Shown piece after piece: positions 60,872-64,000 of a DNA stretch of 64,000 nucleotides (position 1 is the stretch's first letter; each line of letters starts with the position of its first letter). The stretch comes from Glaucostegus cemiculus. Lineage: Eukaryota. Location of the stretch: contig CDPCPM010000180.1 in the NCBI GenBank assembly GCA_976551045.1, positions 25,048,001 to 25,112,000 of the forward strand, read 5' to 3'. The translations under genes were made by a program, and so were the position numbers. Under the pieces are notes generated by a model, which did no database searches, was not told the origin of the DNA, and saw only the letters and a program-made list of their open reading frames with translations.

Positions 60872-61010
60872 CAGAGTTCTGATGAAAAATCTCAGACCTT
60901 AAATATTAACTGTTTCTATTTCCACAGATGCTGTCCATCCTGCTGAGTGTTTCCTGCACTTTCTGATTTTATATCAGATTTCTGGCATCTATGTTTTTTT
61001 TGATTTTCGT
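60872..61010 (+). repeat. Penelope pLTR fragment
   Basis: agttctgatgaaaaatctcagacc..ttaactgtttctatttccacagatgctgtccatcctgctgagtgtttcc..tcagatttctggcatct. Confidence 0.7.
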
Positions 61011-62619
61011 TTAAAATTGTGCCTTCTAGTTTGCAACTTGTAAAACAGTTTGAGGATGTCTCAGTAACTCCTATCCTCTTCCTGGCTGGTGGATGAGATT
61101 AAAATCAAAGCTAGTGTACGAGTTGCCAAGAGTTATCCCTCTCGGTAGCCAGTGTTTCTCTCCATGGTGCTATCACAGCTGTAAGTTACATCAGATGTAT
61201 AATACAGTAATTAACTGAAAGGGAGCTGGGATGGGAGTAAAATATGGTGTCACTGGTTCTTTGGCATAATTTTTTTATGAAATAACAAAGAGGAAAGAAA
61301 AACAGTCTGGGGAGGAGAAAGGCATAGAGTGTAACCCTTTATGACCGGAGGAAAATCCCAATAGGTAACAAAGGAAGAGGTGAAATAGCTGCCAACCTCA
61401 ACAATGTAATTGAACAGCAATCGTTATAATGCATTTTCCCTCCCTTATAAAGGATTACATTAATCTAGTGGTTCAATTAGTTACATGGGTAATTCTCCTT
61501 ACCCATGTATGGGTAAGGAGAATGCTCAGCAACTAGAGAGGAAAAAAAAGCTCTTTGAGGCAGGGCTCAACAGTTGTTGCTGTAAGCAGTCACAGTGAGG
61601 ACATGTGGATTTATTGGGAAGGGAAATGCCTTTATTGAAAGGAAGGAAGAGAAAGAATAAATCTGTTAGAGAAAAAGATATGGAGATATACAATGAGAAG
61701 GTGTGTGTGATCCATGCAAAGGGAGAAAAAGGAAGCTAGAGCAAGAGAGAAGTAGTGAGTTGGGGAAGTAAATAGGATTAGAGACTTAGGTAAATAGTGA
61801 CAATATTAGGTAAAAGAGAGTGATTGTTCATCAACATTATACTGGCTCTGATAAAGGCAGGTAAACTCTTTTAAAGCACTGGCCAGATAAAAAGGAAGTG
61901 AAAGGTTGTTTTATATAAATATGCAATGATTTATGAGTAGAGACATTAATTAAAACAAAACCTCAAGTAAAACTAAAGTTTAGAAGAAATAAACCTCTCA
62001 AGAGTAATGAAAATCTAAAATTGTATTTTTTTAAAATTCCAATGCTGTTAATCCACATTGATCACTTCTTTTTAATAAGATGGTTAAACATTTACATAAG
62101 AGCAAAATTGAGGATGGCAAAGAACAAGTGAGCACACTTTCTGTGGGGCATAATGTACTGTTAAGTCTCATTGATGAGTCATCCATGGAAGATAGCTGCT
62201 CACAATTGAATGATGTGGTTTGAAATATTGGATTCATATCCTGTAGTCAAGTGTGATTGAATTTCATAGATTTATCTTCTCAGAGGTTTACCTGTTGGTT
62301 GCCTCTCTCTGCAAACTCTTTATTTAATTATTGTGGATTTTGGGTTGAATTGTATATAATTGTTGGTGAAATAGGTTTGATGGTGCAGTGGACATAGGTA
62401 TGTTATATCTTATGATTAGAGAAATTGTGTTTTTTTCATTTTGATATTTGCTTTACTTTCATTTCTTTGTGATTTTATTGAGACAGAATATTTGGTGGAG
62501 ACCAAATAATATTGTGGAAAATGAACACACAGATATTAATGCATTCATTCAAAATTAGATCCTAATTTTAGCAGAGGCTCAAAGGGGTGTCAGGAATCTA
62601 AGGCATGCAGTCATGGACT

Positions 62620-64000
62620 TCTTCATTTACTGAAGAGACGCGAATGGCATCAGTCATCAGTGAATTTTCCCATCTATGATGGAAGGAAGGTCATTAATAA
62701 AGCAGCTCAAGATAGTTGTGCCTTGGAAACTGCCCTAAGGAAATTGAGCAGTGATGTCCTGGGGCTGGAATGAATGATGTTCAACACCACAGTGCGAGAT
62801 AAGATTCTAAGCATTGAATTGTTTTACCCTCGACGCTCATTGACCTCAGCTTTAGCAGGTGTCTTTGATGCCACACTGGAGTCCAGTGGTCATGACGAAA
62901 TCTAGACTGAACAATAGTAAGCAAGTTATAAATGAGTAAGCACCAGTTCACAGCACTGTCGCAAACACCCTGTATCACCTTGTTGATGATTGACTGTGGG
63001 TTGTTTTGGGGGGGGGGGGGGCGGGCGAGCAAATAGCCATATTGGATTTGTCCTGCTTTATGTGACAGGACACACCTGGGAAAAATGTTCATATTGTTGC
63101 ATGGATGCCAGTACTGTAAATGTACTAGAAGGGTTAGCTTAGTCACAGTTAGTTTTGGAGCACATGCTTGCAATACTACAGGATGATATTTTCATTACCC
63201 ATAGCTTTTGCTTCATACAGTGATTTCACCATTTGTTGATACTACATTGATTGGTTGAAGAATGGTTCCTGTTTGCAGGGATCTCAAAAGGAAGTCAAGG
63301 TGGATCACCCACTCCGTAGTTCTGGTTGAACATCTATTGAGTGATACAATCTTATCTTTTGCACGCTCATACTGGTTCTTGGGTCTCCCTTCCCTTTAAC
63401 TCTTTAATTATCCCCCATCATTCATGCCTACATGTGACAGGACTGCAAAGCTTTAGTCTGAGCTGTTGGTTGTGGAATCATTTAGCTTTGTATGATGTTT
63501 TTCATACATATTGTCCTGTACGGCAACAATACCAGATTGGCATCTCATTCTTAGCTAAGCCTGATGCTGCTCCTGGCATGCCCTTCTGCACTCCTTATTG
63601 AAAGAGGGTTGATCCTCTAGTCTGTTTGTAACAACGTGAGGGACTTACCTGGCCACAAGGATACAGATTGTGTTGCTGCTGCACCTTGTAGATGTCTGGC
63701 TTTGAGCTGCCAGATCTGTTCCAAGTCTACCCCATTATCAAGATTATGGTGCAGGACAACATAGCAGTGTTCTCAGTGTGCAGATGGGACTGTTTTCATG
63801 TGGACTGTGTGGAGGTCATTTCCAGTGGTGCTTTTATAGGCAGATGTTACAGGTAAATTGATGAAGATAAGGTCAAGTTAGTTTATCCCTTGTGTTTGTT
63901 CATTACTTACCACAGACCCAGGCTGGCAGCTGTGTCCTTCAGGACTCAGCCAGCACAATGCTACCAAGCCATTCTGGGCAATGGACTTTGAATTCCCCAC
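62620..64000 (-). mobile_element. Old LINE of the second CR1/L2-group family, running off the window end
   Basis: gaagcagctcaagatagttg..aggaa..gcagtgatgtcctgggg, ctgggaaaaatgttcatattgttgcatggatgccagt and tgctgctcctggcatgccct match the family at 44286-46260. Confidence 0.75.

Noticed and set aside
1-64000. CRISPR array, operon or other prokaryotic system
   Set aside because: There is no regularly spaced repeat-spacer array and no gene-dense coding. The sequence is vertebrate intronic DNA.

Overview
This is eukaryotic, CpG-depleted vertebrate genomic DNA. The repeat content points to a cartilaginous fish, probably a shark or ray: HE1/V-SINE-like SINEs sharing 3' tails with CR1/HER1-like LINEs, Deu-domain SINEs and abundant Penelope pseudo-LTRs. 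The species cannot be fixed from sequence alone. The window reads as intronic sequence of a large + strand gene. Only one exon is well supported: a 972-nt, phase 0/0, about 40% Asp/Glu exon at 53242-54213 with five internal 43-49 aa repeats. I cannot name the host gene. The rest is decayed mobile DNA (CR1 and L2-type LINEs, SINEs, Penelope-like elements, PIF/Harbinger transposase relics, one solo LTR) plus unique AT-rich spacers. Almost all ORFs in the supplied track are TE fragments or chance ORFs. There are no prokaryotic features (operons, CRISPR, rRNA). The most notable signals are: minimal hammerhead-ribozyme motifs in the Penelope pLTRs, one with an intact core in the same sense as the host exon; two about 60-bp near-perfect inverted copies that mark local rearrangements; a 58-bp-arm hairpin; a solo LTR carrying a ZNF143-type motif; and an LF-SINE-like element. 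I found no clearly new multi-gene system. Repeat family names rest on recalled consensus motifs, not database searches, and TE boundaries are approximate unless stated otherwise.
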